Source of the DNA: Clostridiales bacterium | GTDB lineage: Bacteria; Bacillota; Clostridia; Saccharofermentanales; Saccharofermentanaceae | Reading direction: 5' to 3' | Assembly: GCA_017513085.1 (NCBI GenBank) | Contig: JAFWDK010000036.1 | Location: forward strand, 1 to 50,757 | DNA length: 50,757 nt | Part shown: positions 27,101 through 35,047 of the stretch, in pieces | Layout: every line of letters starts with the position of its first letter | How positions within the stretch are numbered: position 1 is the stretch's first letter | Position numbers and translations under genes: made by a program | Notes under the pieces: model-generated | Told to the model about the DNA's origin: nothing | Seen by the model: only the letters and a program-made list of their open reading frames with translations | Databases searched by the model: none

Positions 27101-28191
27101 GAGCACCGACAAAGACACCAACCAAGACGCCGACAAAAGCTCCGACAGGTACGCCGACGAAGACACCGACAAAAGCACCAACTCTGTCGCCAACAAAGAC
27201 GCCGACCAAGGTGCCTACGAAGGCCCCGACGGGTGAACCAACGAAGACCCCGACGAAGGCACCGACAACTGCGCCGACGCTGTCTCCTACAAAAGCACCT
27301 ACAGGTACGCCTACCAAGGCGCCAACCGGAGTGCCGGGTCAGCCCACGCCGACCGTGTCTCCGAAGCCGGGTGATCCGACTCCGACACAGGCTCCGGTAA
27401 CACCGAAGCCAGGGGATCCGACCCCGACACCGGAACCGGAAAAAGATCCGACCTTCGAGGATTTTGTGGAAAGACTGTACGTGGTTGCACTCGGCCGTCC
27501 TTCCGAGAAGGCCGGTAAGGACTTCTGGGTGGAAAAGGTAGTGAATGGTGAATATAACGGTGCCGATTGCGCAAGATTCTTCCTGCTGGAAGCACCGGAG
27601 TTCATGAACCGCGGTCTCTCCGATGAGGAATTTGTTGAGACACTTTATAAGACATTCTTTGACCGTGAATCCGATGCTGCCGGAAAGAAAGGCTGGGTCG
27701 ATGCAATCAAGACAGGAAAGATGACACGCGCTATCGTTGTCGAAAACTTTATCGAGTCTACCGAGTGGTGTAACGTCTGCGCCACCTATGGTGTGCGCTC
27801 CGGCGCCAAGTGGCATAAGGCTGAATTCGCGAGCAAAAACGCGATCCGGTTTGCAACCCGGTTGTACACCTGCTGTCTCGGAAGAGATCCGGAAGAGAAG
27901 GGACTTCAGTACTGGTCGCTTGCTCTGACGAATCTTGAGCAGACCGGTTATGCCGCTGCCGAACTGTTCTTCACAGGTGAGGAATTCGTGAAACTGAAGA
28001 CCTCCGATGAAGAATATGTAAAGAGACTTTACACGACCTTTATGGGAAGAGAACCGGAACCGTCCGAGATCACATTCTGGACAGGTGAACTTGCCAAAGG
28101 TACACAGACAAGAACAAGCACGATGCAGTTCTTCGGCCACTCCGAAGAATTCACCAAGATATGCAAACAATACGGAATCGAACGCGGATAA
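24103..28191 (+). CDS. Large surface LRR protein: signal peptide, 3 capped LRR blocks, FN3, InlB-B-like repeat, Pro/Thr/Lys linker, DUF4214-like C-terminal repeats
   Basis: MKKNAIRW signal peptide; FPD..FR...D...DG.L caps; ~21-aa LDLSKNTxLxxLxCxxNxL repeats; VTFDANGGSG; (PTKT/PTKA)n; FVERLY..ALGR repeats. Confidence 0.88.
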   Translation: MKKNAIRWAGMAVVPVLAAAMTVPMIQVFWGQTKVRAAEGVRIKSDYFPDSIFRKYVSDNYDVNPKDSFLSEEELAAVTSIDVRDMKITDLKGIEYFTSLQNLDCRTNEIAQLNLEKNTELKFLNCSENKIEQLDLGKNTKLSTLDCSNNNLSRLNPPNLPSLRILNCYNNNLTELSMSNMSELREFSCHDNQIKSLFLRYCTKLYELNCANNQLLQLDLRENAMLEKVFCQGNKIERVYVPNVTKLKTLNCADNWIDYIDLKESPDLSYLNLSMNRLLSLDVKKYTNLHYLYCHTNSLSSLDLSACTKLMEMDCSRNYFTSQPTVPDGCVLTYSPQNTFVSGSIPVDKTHFPDAAFRQFISLEIDNAPLDGWLSKKEINAATVLDCSGKGIVSLKGIEYFSNLQYFDCSSNNLITLDLKSNKELFKLTCRNNPEFYGLYISGLEKLEIVYGSKCSIATLDISTTPNLKSLEVNDNKLIKLDVSSNLKLKTLEVNNNRLTSLDVSKNTALTDLECANNSIPLLDVTPCTGLRILHCEYNYLEKVTGIPKGCTYLYTTPQKTVPSVTGLSGYSMSEKEIHLEWDRTVGVDGYEVYMGSYSEGYFSKMATLEGIYKTTHTIENLARDNDYYFKIRSYLKVGTEIRYSEFSEVLCITTPVDVNAANFPDAEFLRYAEYMDTKQDGQLTRDERNAVTKLNIADCDMADLTGIGFFNQLKELYCGDNKLTSLDLSKNTELLVLDCKRNTELQSLDISKNKKLRTLNCSGCSLSSLDLSNNYDLGSLSCSNNQLKELDLKRNPNLQYLNCCVNYLTSLDLSNNDILFDMDIWGNQIETVDIHHIQWLIENIVEPGETEVQPIEMTCWDVFGATYDCYMVGAEAAHVSYDKTTRLILKERAKCTVTFDANGGSGSVKALTVLEGDSITLPSNGFTAPDGKVFDKWSAGNPGDSVVVNADMAVKAIWKNAPGGPTKTPTKIPTKTPTKVPTKAPTKTPTKTPTKAPTGAPTKTPTKTPTKAPTGTPTKTPTKAPTLSPTKTPTKVPTKAPTGEPTKTPTKAPTTAPTLSPTKAPTGTPTKAPTGVPGQPTPTVSPKPGDPTPTQAPVTPKPGDPTPTPEPEKDPTFEDFVERLYVVALGRPSEKAGKDFWVEKVVNGEYNGADCARFFLLEAPEFMNRGLSDEEFVETLYKTFFDRESDAAGKKGWVDAIKTGKMTRAIVVENFIESTEWCNVCATYGVRSGAKWHKAEFASKNAIRFATRLYTCCLGRDPEEKGLQYWSLALTNLEQTGYAAAELFFTGEEFVKLKTSDEEYVKRLYTTFMGREPEPSEITFWTGELAKGTQTRTSTMQFFGHSEEFTKICKQYGIERG
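26998..27445 (+). repeat. 12-bp-period coding repeat (PTKT/PTKA/PTGT linker)
   Basis: About 30 PT-x-x tetrapeptides encoded with varied codons, followed by PKPGDPTPT twice. Confidence 0.9.
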
Positions 28192-28228
28192 GTGCTTTTG
28201 CACAGGAAGAGCAGAGAGGAGATAAAAA

Positions 28229-31200
28229 ATGAAAAGTTTACATATTTTCGGAAAGATCGGTGCTGCGGCGTTAGCAGTAACACTTGGATTGGCACTTGGA
28301 ACAAAAATAACGAAGGATACGCGTGTGCGTGCGGATGAAAATAACGAATCGGATGTGGCGATCGACGAGACGAATTTTCCGGATGCGGCCTTCCGTAAGT
28401 TTGTGAAGCAGTACGATGTGAATCCGCAGGATGGAGTATTGTCAAAGATTGAACGTGAAGCGGTGAGAACTATGGATTGTTCGCACCTTCAGATACAATC
28501 ACTGGACGGCATCTGGTATTTTAAGTATCTTCAATCTTTGGACTGTTCATACAATGAACTGACGGAACTGTCGGTCACGCGTATTGGCTATCTTCGTAGT
28601 CTAACATGCAGTCATAACCGGCTCGAGAATTTAACACTTGCACAGAGAGTGTTTTTTGAAAACTGGCCCTATGCTCTGGAATATCTGGATTGTTCGTACA
28701 ATCAATTGTCTGTTATCGATTTTCAATATGTGAGGAAGCTTAAGACGATTCAGATCAGTCATAATAAGCTGTATAAAATGCTCTTTATTAACTTAGACCA
28801 TTTAACCAATTTGGATGTGTCGTATAATCCGGATCTGCAATACAAATCCTATAATGGTTTGGCGGCTCTGACAGACTTGAATTTTGAGGGCTGCGATGTC
28901 AAGGAAGTGAATCTTTCCAAATGTACAAAACTGGAAAGACTGAACTGTTCCAATAACCTTTTATCAAAACTGGATCTCAGCAACCACAAGGTTTTGACGG
29001 AACTTGACTGCCACCTCAATGCTCTGTCTGAACTGTCGCTGGGAAGTGGCGTGCGCATCGTAAACTGCAGCGAGAATGCTCTGGACACTATAGATGTAAG
29101 CAGCTGTACTTCGCTAAGCAATTTAAACTGCAGTTTGAATTTCCTTACTTCAAAACCGGCCGTGCCGGGTTCTTGTACGTTGAAATATGACCCGCAAAAG
29201 AAGAATATGTCCGGTTATGTTCCGGTGGATAAGACTGTGTTCCCGGACCCGGTCTTCCTCGATCTTGTGAAGGATTACGATACAAATCCGAAAGACGGTT
29301 GTCTGTCTACGAGTGAATTGGATGCGGTCACGTCTATCGACTGTCGGAATATGTCGATTCGGGATCTTACCGGAATCGGAAGCTTTACCAAACTGACGTA
29401 TCTGAACTGCACGGAAAACCAGCTGAAAAACCTGGATCTCGGGAAAAACGCATCGATCCATTATCTGTATTGTAGTGATAATCAGATCGAGAGTCTGGTG
29501 CTTCATCCTTCTGCAAATCTGACCGAGCTTTTGTGTGCAAACAACAAGATTGCTTCGTTGGACTTGGGAAGTACGACGAATATCCGAGAACTGGACTGCC
29601 GGAATAACCAGCTGACTAGGCTGAATGTCAGTGCTTTTGGAAAACTTGAGAAGCTCTGGATCTCCGCCAACAAAGTGACAGCTATCGATGTAAGCAAGAA
29701 TCCGGAACTGACATTGCTGTACTTGCCGGACAATCGGGTGAGTGAACTTGATCTAAGCAAGAATACGAAGCTGCGCTATCTGAATTGTTCTATGAACTAT
29801 CTCAAAGAACTGGACTTGAGCAACAATGCGAAATTGTATCAGATCTATTGCCATACGAACGGACTGAAGAAGTTAGATCTATCTAACTGCCCTTCTCTTA
29901 CCGAAGTGGATTGTAAAGGAAATTACTTGACGGCCGCGCCGTCGGTGCCTTCCGGGTGCGTGCTGTATTATACGCCGCAGCTTATGGCATCAGAGGAGTA
30001 TGTGCATATCGATGGTGTCAACTTCCCGGATGAAAACTTCCGTAAATGCATCAGTGAGACTGTCGATGTGAGCCCGAAGGATGGATATCTGTCCAAGGGT
30101 GAACTGGCTACGGATACCATTGTTTGCGAAAGCTCGAATATTTCGAGCCTGCAAGGTATTGAACTGTTTACTTCGTTGAAAAAGTTATATTGCGCATGCA
30201 ACGACTTGTCTGTGTTGGATGTAAGTGTTTTGCCGAATCTTACTGTTTTGAGTTGTAGTTATAATAATCTTTCGACTCTGGATGTGAGTGCGAACACCAA
30301 ACTTTTGCAGCTTTACTGTGATGGAAATAATCTTTCGACTTTGGATGTGAGTGCGAACACAAAACTTTTGGAATTGCACTGCGGGCGCAATCCGATGGGA
30401 ACGCTGAATGTGAGAAGTAATGCTGAGTTGAATATATTGTGGTGTCACCAATGTGGTCTGACAAGTGTGGATGTGAGTGCGAATACGAAACTTCAGAAAT
30501 TGCATGTAGAAAACAATGAGCTTTTGAATTTGGATGTGAGCCCAAACACAAAACTTGAAGAATTGTGGTGCGAGGAAAATCAGTTGACGAACCTTCGAAT
30601 CAAGAATCTCGCCAGTCTTACGGTGTTGCATTGCGAAAGCAATCAGTTAGAGACCCTTCGTCTCGAAAATCTTACCAATCTTAGAGTGTTGTCTTGCCAA
30701 TTGAATCAGTTAGAGACACTTGATATAGAAGATCTCAGTAATCTTAAAGAACTCAACTGCCAATATAATAAGCTTACCAGTCTGAATATGAGCCAAAACC
30801 CGCTTCTGCAGAAGCTGGACTGCAGGAGAAATGAAATCGTAAATCTAAACCTTGCTGCGAATAAAGACCTGCACGATTTGGATTGTAGATATAATGAACT
30901 GTTCACACTGGACTTGAGAAATTGCACGAAACTGAGTAGGGCGTATTTTGAATATAACTATTTTTCTGAGAAGCCGAAGGTGCCGGACGATTTTAATATT
31001 GACCACTTTGAACCGCAAAAACTGAAAATGGCTGTTTCCAAAGTGGAGGTGAAGACGAAGACCAATACCTCAATTACGCTTTCCTGGGATAAGGTTACGC
31101 TGGCTGATGGTTATGAAGTGTATTATTCTACGGCTCTTAACGGAGACTATACGTTGATATTTGATAGTCCGTACACATCCAAACTTTTCGGCGGGCTGGC

Positions 31201-32215
31201 GATGGATACAGAGTATTTCTATAAAGTCCGTGCTTTTGTGATGGATGGCGCCGATTCGCGGATCTATGGTGCTTTTTCCGAGGTGCTCCGTGTAAGAACG
31301 GTTGCGCCGGTCACAGATACGACGGTTGAGGTCGGAAAGAGTTTCCAGTATACGGTTTCGGGTGTTCCGGCTACGGACATCAGCTGGTCTGTTGGAAATA
31401 CTTCTGTTGCCACCGTGGATAATTCCGGTAAAGTAACCGGCCGTAGCGTCGGCAATACATACCTGCATGTCGGCCTCCCGGATGGAACAAAGATCAAGTG
31501 CCTGGTTCGTGTTGTGTATCCGGCGCTGAAGATCAATTATACGGAGAAGACTTTGCACATCAATCAGACTTTCGCTTTTACGGTGGCGAATGCTTCGGGA
31601 CAGAAGATCACCTGGTCGGTGGGAAATACTTCGGTCGCGACAGTAGATGCAAACGGTAAGGTGACAGGTAAGAGTGCGGCGAATACCTATCTCTATGCGA
31701 AGAGCGCAGACGGACGTGTGGCAAAGTGCCTCATTAAAGTTGTGGATCCGGGTGTTTTGGGAATCAATTACACGGAAAAGACAGTGTACCTCGGACAGAG
31801 TTACACGTTCAAGGCAAAGAATGCCGGTATCCTGAAACCGACATGGTCCGTGGGTAACACCGCAATCGCTACCGTCGACCCGTCGACCGGTAAGGTAACT
31901 TCTGTTTCGGTGGGCAATACCTACCTGTATGTGAAGACCGAGGACGGCCGTTCAGCAAGATGCCTGATCAAGGTTGTCGATCCGGGTCCGCTGAATATCC
32001 GTTACACAGAAAAGACCATCAAGGTCGGCGAGAGCTTCCAGTTTACCGCGAAGAATCCTGCCGGACAGACGGTAACGTGGAGAGTCGGTAACACTACAGT
32101 CGCGACTGTAGACGCAAACGGCGTAGTGACCGGAAAGAGCGTAGCCAACACATGGCTCTACGCCAGCACACCGGACGGACGTGAGACGAAGTGCCTGCTG
32201 AGAATCGTCGCGTAA
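28229..32215 (+). CDS. Large surface LRR protein: signal peptide, 3 capped LRR blocks, FN3, four Ig-like (Big_2-type) repeats
   Basis: GAGGAG RBS; IDETNFPD caps; LRRs; TNTSITLSW FN3; four WSVGNTSVATVD..GKVTG repeats. Confidence 0.88.
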   Translation: MKSLHIFGKIGAAALAVTLGLALGTKITKDTRVRADENNESDVAIDETNFPDAAFRKFVKQYDVNPQDGVLSKIEREAVRTMDCSHLQIQSLDGIWYFKYLQSLDCSYNELTELSVTRIGYLRSLTCSHNRLENLTLAQRVFFENWPYALEYLDCSYNQLSVIDFQYVRKLKTIQISHNKLYKMLFINLDHLTNLDVSYNPDLQYKSYNGLAALTDLNFEGCDVKEVNLSKCTKLERLNCSNNLLSKLDLSNHKVLTELDCHLNALSELSLGSGVRIVNCSENALDTIDVSSCTSLSNLNCSLNFLTSKPAVPGSCTLKYDPQKKNMSGYVPVDKTVFPDPVFLDLVKDYDTNPKDGCLSTSELDAVTSIDCRNMSIRDLTGIGSFTKLTYLNCTENQLKNLDLGKNASIHYLYCSDNQIESLVLHPSANLTELLCANNKIASLDLGSTTNIRELDCRNNQLTRLNVSAFGKLEKLWISANKVTAIDVSKNPELTLLYLPDNRVSELDLSKNTKLRYLNCSMNYLKELDLSNNAKLYQIYCHTNGLKKLDLSNCPSLTEVDCKGNYLTAAPSVPSGCVLYYTPQLMASEEYVHIDGVNFPDENFRKCISETVDVSPKDGYLSKGELATDTIVCESSNISSLQGIELFTSLKKLYCACNDLSVLDVSVLPNLTVLSCSYNNLSTLDVSANTKLLQLYCDGNNLSTLDVSANTKLLELHCGRNPMGTLNVRSNAELNILWCHQCGLTSVDVSANTKLQKLHVENNELLNLDVSPNTKLEELWCEENQLTNLRIKNLASLTVLHCESNQLETLRLENLTNLRVLSCQLNQLETLDIEDLSNLKELNCQYNKLTSLNMSQNPLLQKLDCRRNEIVNLNLAANKDLHDLDCRYNELFTLDLRNCTKLSRAYFEYNYFSEKPKVPDDFNIDHFEPQKLKMAVSKVEVKTKTNTSITLSWDKVTLADGYEVYYSTALNGDYTLIFDSPYTSKLFGGLAMDTEYFYKVRAFVMDGADSRIYGAFSEVLRVRTVAPVTDTTVEVGKSFQYTVSGVPATDISWSVGNTSVATVDNSGKVTGRSVGNTYLHVGLPDGTKIKCLVRVVYPALKINYTEKTLHINQTFAFTVANASGQKITWSVGNTSVATVDANGKVTGKSAANTYLYAKSADGRVAKCLIKVVDPGVLGINYTEKTVYLGQSYTFKAKNAGILKPTWSVGNTAIATVDPSTGKVTSVSVGNTYLYVKTEDGRSARCLIKVVDPGPLNIRYTEKTIKVGESFQFTAKNPAGQTVTWRVGNTTVATVDANGVVTGKSVANTWLYASTPDGRETKCLLRIVA

Positions 32216-32239
32216 GTGCTTTTGAAGAAGAAAAGAAGG

Positions 32240-32613
32240 AGGATGTCTCAAAACCGTTGAGCCGGGAGTCCTACATACCTTTTTAGAAAAAAACGTGTAA
32301 AAGGATGCACTTTTCCTATACCCTTTCCCCCATATCGGCACATATCGGAGAGTGGAAAGACCGATATAGCTTTCATCCCGTACGAAAAGCACTTAGATCT
32401 GTTACTTCAGGTCATCAATTTAACAACAGAGTGGAAAGAAATGCATACTTTTTCTGATAAAATTGGAATTTAGTATGAATTCACATCTTCAAAATCGTCT
32501 GTATACCCCCTGGGGGTATGTATAAAAACGGATCAGATATTCATGCGGAAAAAGAACTCGTGACCCCCAGTTGGACAACAACTTTGGGGGTTCATTTCAT
32601 TTTGAGACATCCT
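32240..32613. repeat. Composite intergenic element: 14-bp inverted repeat enclosing copy B of the dispersed element (core 32274-32519) and an IS-end-like remnant
   Basis: AGGATGTCTCAAAA (32240-32253) / TTTTGAGACATCCT (32600-32613). Palindrome ATACCCCC-T-GGGGGTAT (32503-32519). 34-bp units at 32444-32477 and 32274-32307. Confidence 0.75.
32554..32599. mobile_element. Possible IS3-family terminal-repeat scar (no transposase)
   Basis: TGACCCCCAGTTGGACA faces CAACTTTGGGGGTTCATTTCA (reverse complement TGAAATGAACCCCCAAAGTTG). This resembles 5'-TG...CA-3' IS3/IS150-type ends from memory. Confidence 0.4.
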
Positions 32614-32618
32614 TTTTT

Positions 32619-33497
32619 CTATTTCAGTGTCCCTTTTACGTAGTCGATAAACGCTTCCTCGATAGTCGGGAGCGGGTGGCCTTTGCGCCAGACGAAAAGA
32701 TACTCGACGCTTTTTTCTTTGCCGGCGAGGTCCTTCGAGACGATGGATGGGTTCGGGATATAAGCGGTCTTCGGAAAGATACTGATACCCACCCCGCGTC
32801 CGGCGAGGGCAGCCGCATCCAGATAACTGTCCATCTCGCAAACGATGCGCGGTTCGGCTTTTTCTGCACGGAACCATTTGTAGATCGTGTCGATCATGGC
32901 TCGGCGGCTGGGGACGATAAGAGGTTCACTGAGCAGATCCGAAATGCTGACCGTGGATTTGCTTGTGCCGGCGAGCGGATGTGTCTTTCTCATGATGGCA
33001 CAGATCTGCTCTTTGCCGACGGTAAAACTGTTCAGAAGCGATTGGTTACATGGCGCTGTAATTACGGCCAGACTGATGATCCCGCTTCGCATCTTCTCGA
33101 CCAGATCGTCGCTGTTTCCGTCAAATATTCGGAAGTGGACCAGCGGGTGTGCTTCGATGAAGGACGCGATCCACTCGGCAGCTATGTCCGGAGCCATGCC
33201 TTCGACAAGCCCCAATGAGATCGTGCCGGCCATGCCTTGGCTCATGGAAAGGATTTCCGCCTCGGCTTTGTCGGTAAGTCCTAAGATCTCCTTGGCACGA
33301 CGGTAAAGAAGACGTCCGGACTCCGTCAGTTCCAGCTGGCGCTTCCCCCGTATAAAAAGCACTGTATTCAGCTCGTATTCGAGACTCTTGAGTTGGTTCG
33401 AAAGAGGCGGCTGGCTCATGTTCAGGCGCTTGGCAGCGCGGGAGATATTCAATTCTTCTGCTACTGCGACGAAGTATTGGAGAGATCGAAGATTCAT
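32619..33497 (-). CDS. LysR-family transcriptional regulator
   Basis: LQYFVAVAEELNISRAAKRLNMSQPPLSNQLKSLE HTH; divergent from purA. Confidence 0.95.
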   Translation of the reverse strand: MNLRSLQYFVAVAEELNISRAAKRLNMSQPPLSNQLKSLEYELNTVLFIRGKRQLELTESGRLLYRRAKEILGLTDKAEAEILSMSQGMAGTISLGLVEGMAPDIAAEWIASFIEAHPLVHFRIFDGNSDDLVEKMRSGIISLAVITAPCNQSLLNSFTVGKEQICAIMRKTHPLAGTSKSTVSISDLLSEPLIVPSRRAMIDTIYKWFRAEKAEPRIVCEMDSYLDAAALAGRGVGISIFPKTAYIPNPSIVSKDLAGKEKSVEYLFVWRKGHPLPTIEEAFIDYVKGTLK

Positions 33498-33757
33498 GCA
33501 TATACCTCCGGAATCAAGGATGGGAACTGCAAGATATGCGAAAACCGCTGCAATCAGTGAGCGTATTCGAGAACCCGGTGATGAGATTTACTATATCTTT
33601 TTCGTATAATAACACTCATATTATATGTATTTTATTATTTGTCGGCAAGCGATTATAATAAAGGAGGTTGAAGACGGAACCTTCTGACAGAAATGGAGAA
33701 GTAAGCTGTTTCGACCGGACAGAAAAAGATAACAAAATCATCTGGAGGGATCACACC

Positions 33758-35035
33758 ATGTCGAATTGTGCAGTGGTAGGAATCAACTGGGGCGACGAAG
33801 GAAAGGGCCGTATGGTCGACCTTCTGACAGAGAATTATGATATCGTCGTAAGATATCAGGGCGGTGGCAATGCCGGTCATACCGTCATCAATGAAAAGGG
33901 TAAATTTGCTTTGCATCTTCTTCCGTCAGGTATCCTCCGTGATGGTGTGGTCAATATCCTCGGAAACGGTGTAGCAGTTGACCCGCAGAATCTCTTGAAT
34001 GAGATGGCGCAGGTCGAAGAAAAGGGCGTGAAGATCTCTCCGGAAAACCTGAAGATCAGCGATCGTGCTTCGTTGCTTCTGCCGTGGCACAGAGATCTGG
34101 ATGAACTGGAGGAACAGCGTCTGGCTGACAAGAAGTTCGGTTCGACTAAGCAGGGTATCGCGCCGTTCTATTCCGATAAATATCAGAAGAAGACGATCCT
34201 TGCGGGTGAACTGAATTATCCGGAAGAACTCAGATCTCACCTTAAAGATCTGATGGAGTGGAAGAATCTTACGCTGACAAAAGTATATGGCGCAGCTCCG
34301 TATACAGAGGAAATGCTGGAGCAGTGGATCACAGAGTATGGCGAGAAGATCCGTCCGTATGTCTGCAATACAGGCGCTTATCTCAAGAAAGCGAATAAAG
34401 AAGGAAAGAAGATCATGTTCGAGGCTCAGCTGGGTTCTCTTCGTGACTTGGATTACGGTATTCATCCGTATACCACATCTTCCAATACTTCCGCGGCCTA
34501 TGCCCCGATCGGTTCCGGTTTCCCGGGTGCCAAGATCGATGATGTCATCGGTGTCGTAAAGGCATACTCCACATGTGTGGGTGAGGGTCCTTTTGTATCG
34601 GAAATGTTTGGACCGGAAGCAGACAAGCTTCGTGAAGCCGGCGCAGAGTATGGTGCGAAGACAGGAAGACCGAGACGTGTCGGCGCGATGGATATCGTCG
34701 CGACAAGATATGGCGTGGAAGTACAGGCGGCAACAGAGATCGCGATCACAAAACTGGATGTACTGAGCTACCTCGATAAGATCCCGGTATGCGTGAAGTA
34801 TGAAGTCAATGGTGAGCTGACCGACGAATTCCCGTTCCCGGTTGCACTTAAGGATGCAAAACCGGTCATCGAGTATTTCGACGGATGGCAGTGCGATATT
34901 TCTAATATCAAGAACTGGGAAGATCTTCCGGAGAATGCCAGAAAATACGTAGAATTTATCGAGAAGGAGATCGGCTGCAAGATCACCTACGTTTCCGTAG
35001 GTGCGGAGAGAGACAGCATCATCCTGAGAAAATAA
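33758..35035 (+). CDS. purA: Adenylosuccinate synthase
   Basis: NWGDEGKG, QGGGNAGHT, GSTKQGI, YTTSS, EYGAKTGRPRR and TKLDVL motifs; GGAGG RBS. Confidence 0.97.
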   Translation: MSNCAVVGINWGDEGKGRMVDLLTENYDIVVRYQGGGNAGHTVINEKGKFALHLLPSGILRDGVVNILGNGVAVDPQNLLNEMAQVEEKGVKISPENLKISDRASLLLPWHRDLDELEEQRLADKKFGSTKQGIAPFYSDKYQKKTILAGELNYPEELRSHLKDLMEWKNLTLTKVYGAAPYTEEMLEQWITEYGEKIRPYVCNTGAYLKKANKEGKKIMFEAQLGSLRDLDYGIHPYTTSSNTSAAYAPIGSGFPGAKIDDVIGVVKAYSTCVGEGPFVSEMFGPEADKLREAGAEYGAKTGRPRRVGAMDIVATRYGVEVQAATEIAITKLDVLSYLDKIPVCVKYEVNGELTDEFPFPVALKDAKPVIEYFDGWQCDISNIKNWEDLPENARKYVEFIEKEIGCKITYVSVGAERDSIILRK

Positions 35036-35047
35036 GGAGATACGCGT

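Noticed and set aside
26440-28203. 587-aa Arg/Cys-rich minus-strand ORF and other repeat-frame ORFs (26745-27317, 26984-27400)
   Set aside because: Alternate readings of the PTK linker and DUF4214-like region.
24103-32215. Diversity-generating retroelement or CRISPR array behind the repeats
   Set aside because: No reverse transcriptase, no adenine-specific TR/VR pair, no repeat-spacer array and no cas genes; all repeats are in-frame protein repeats.
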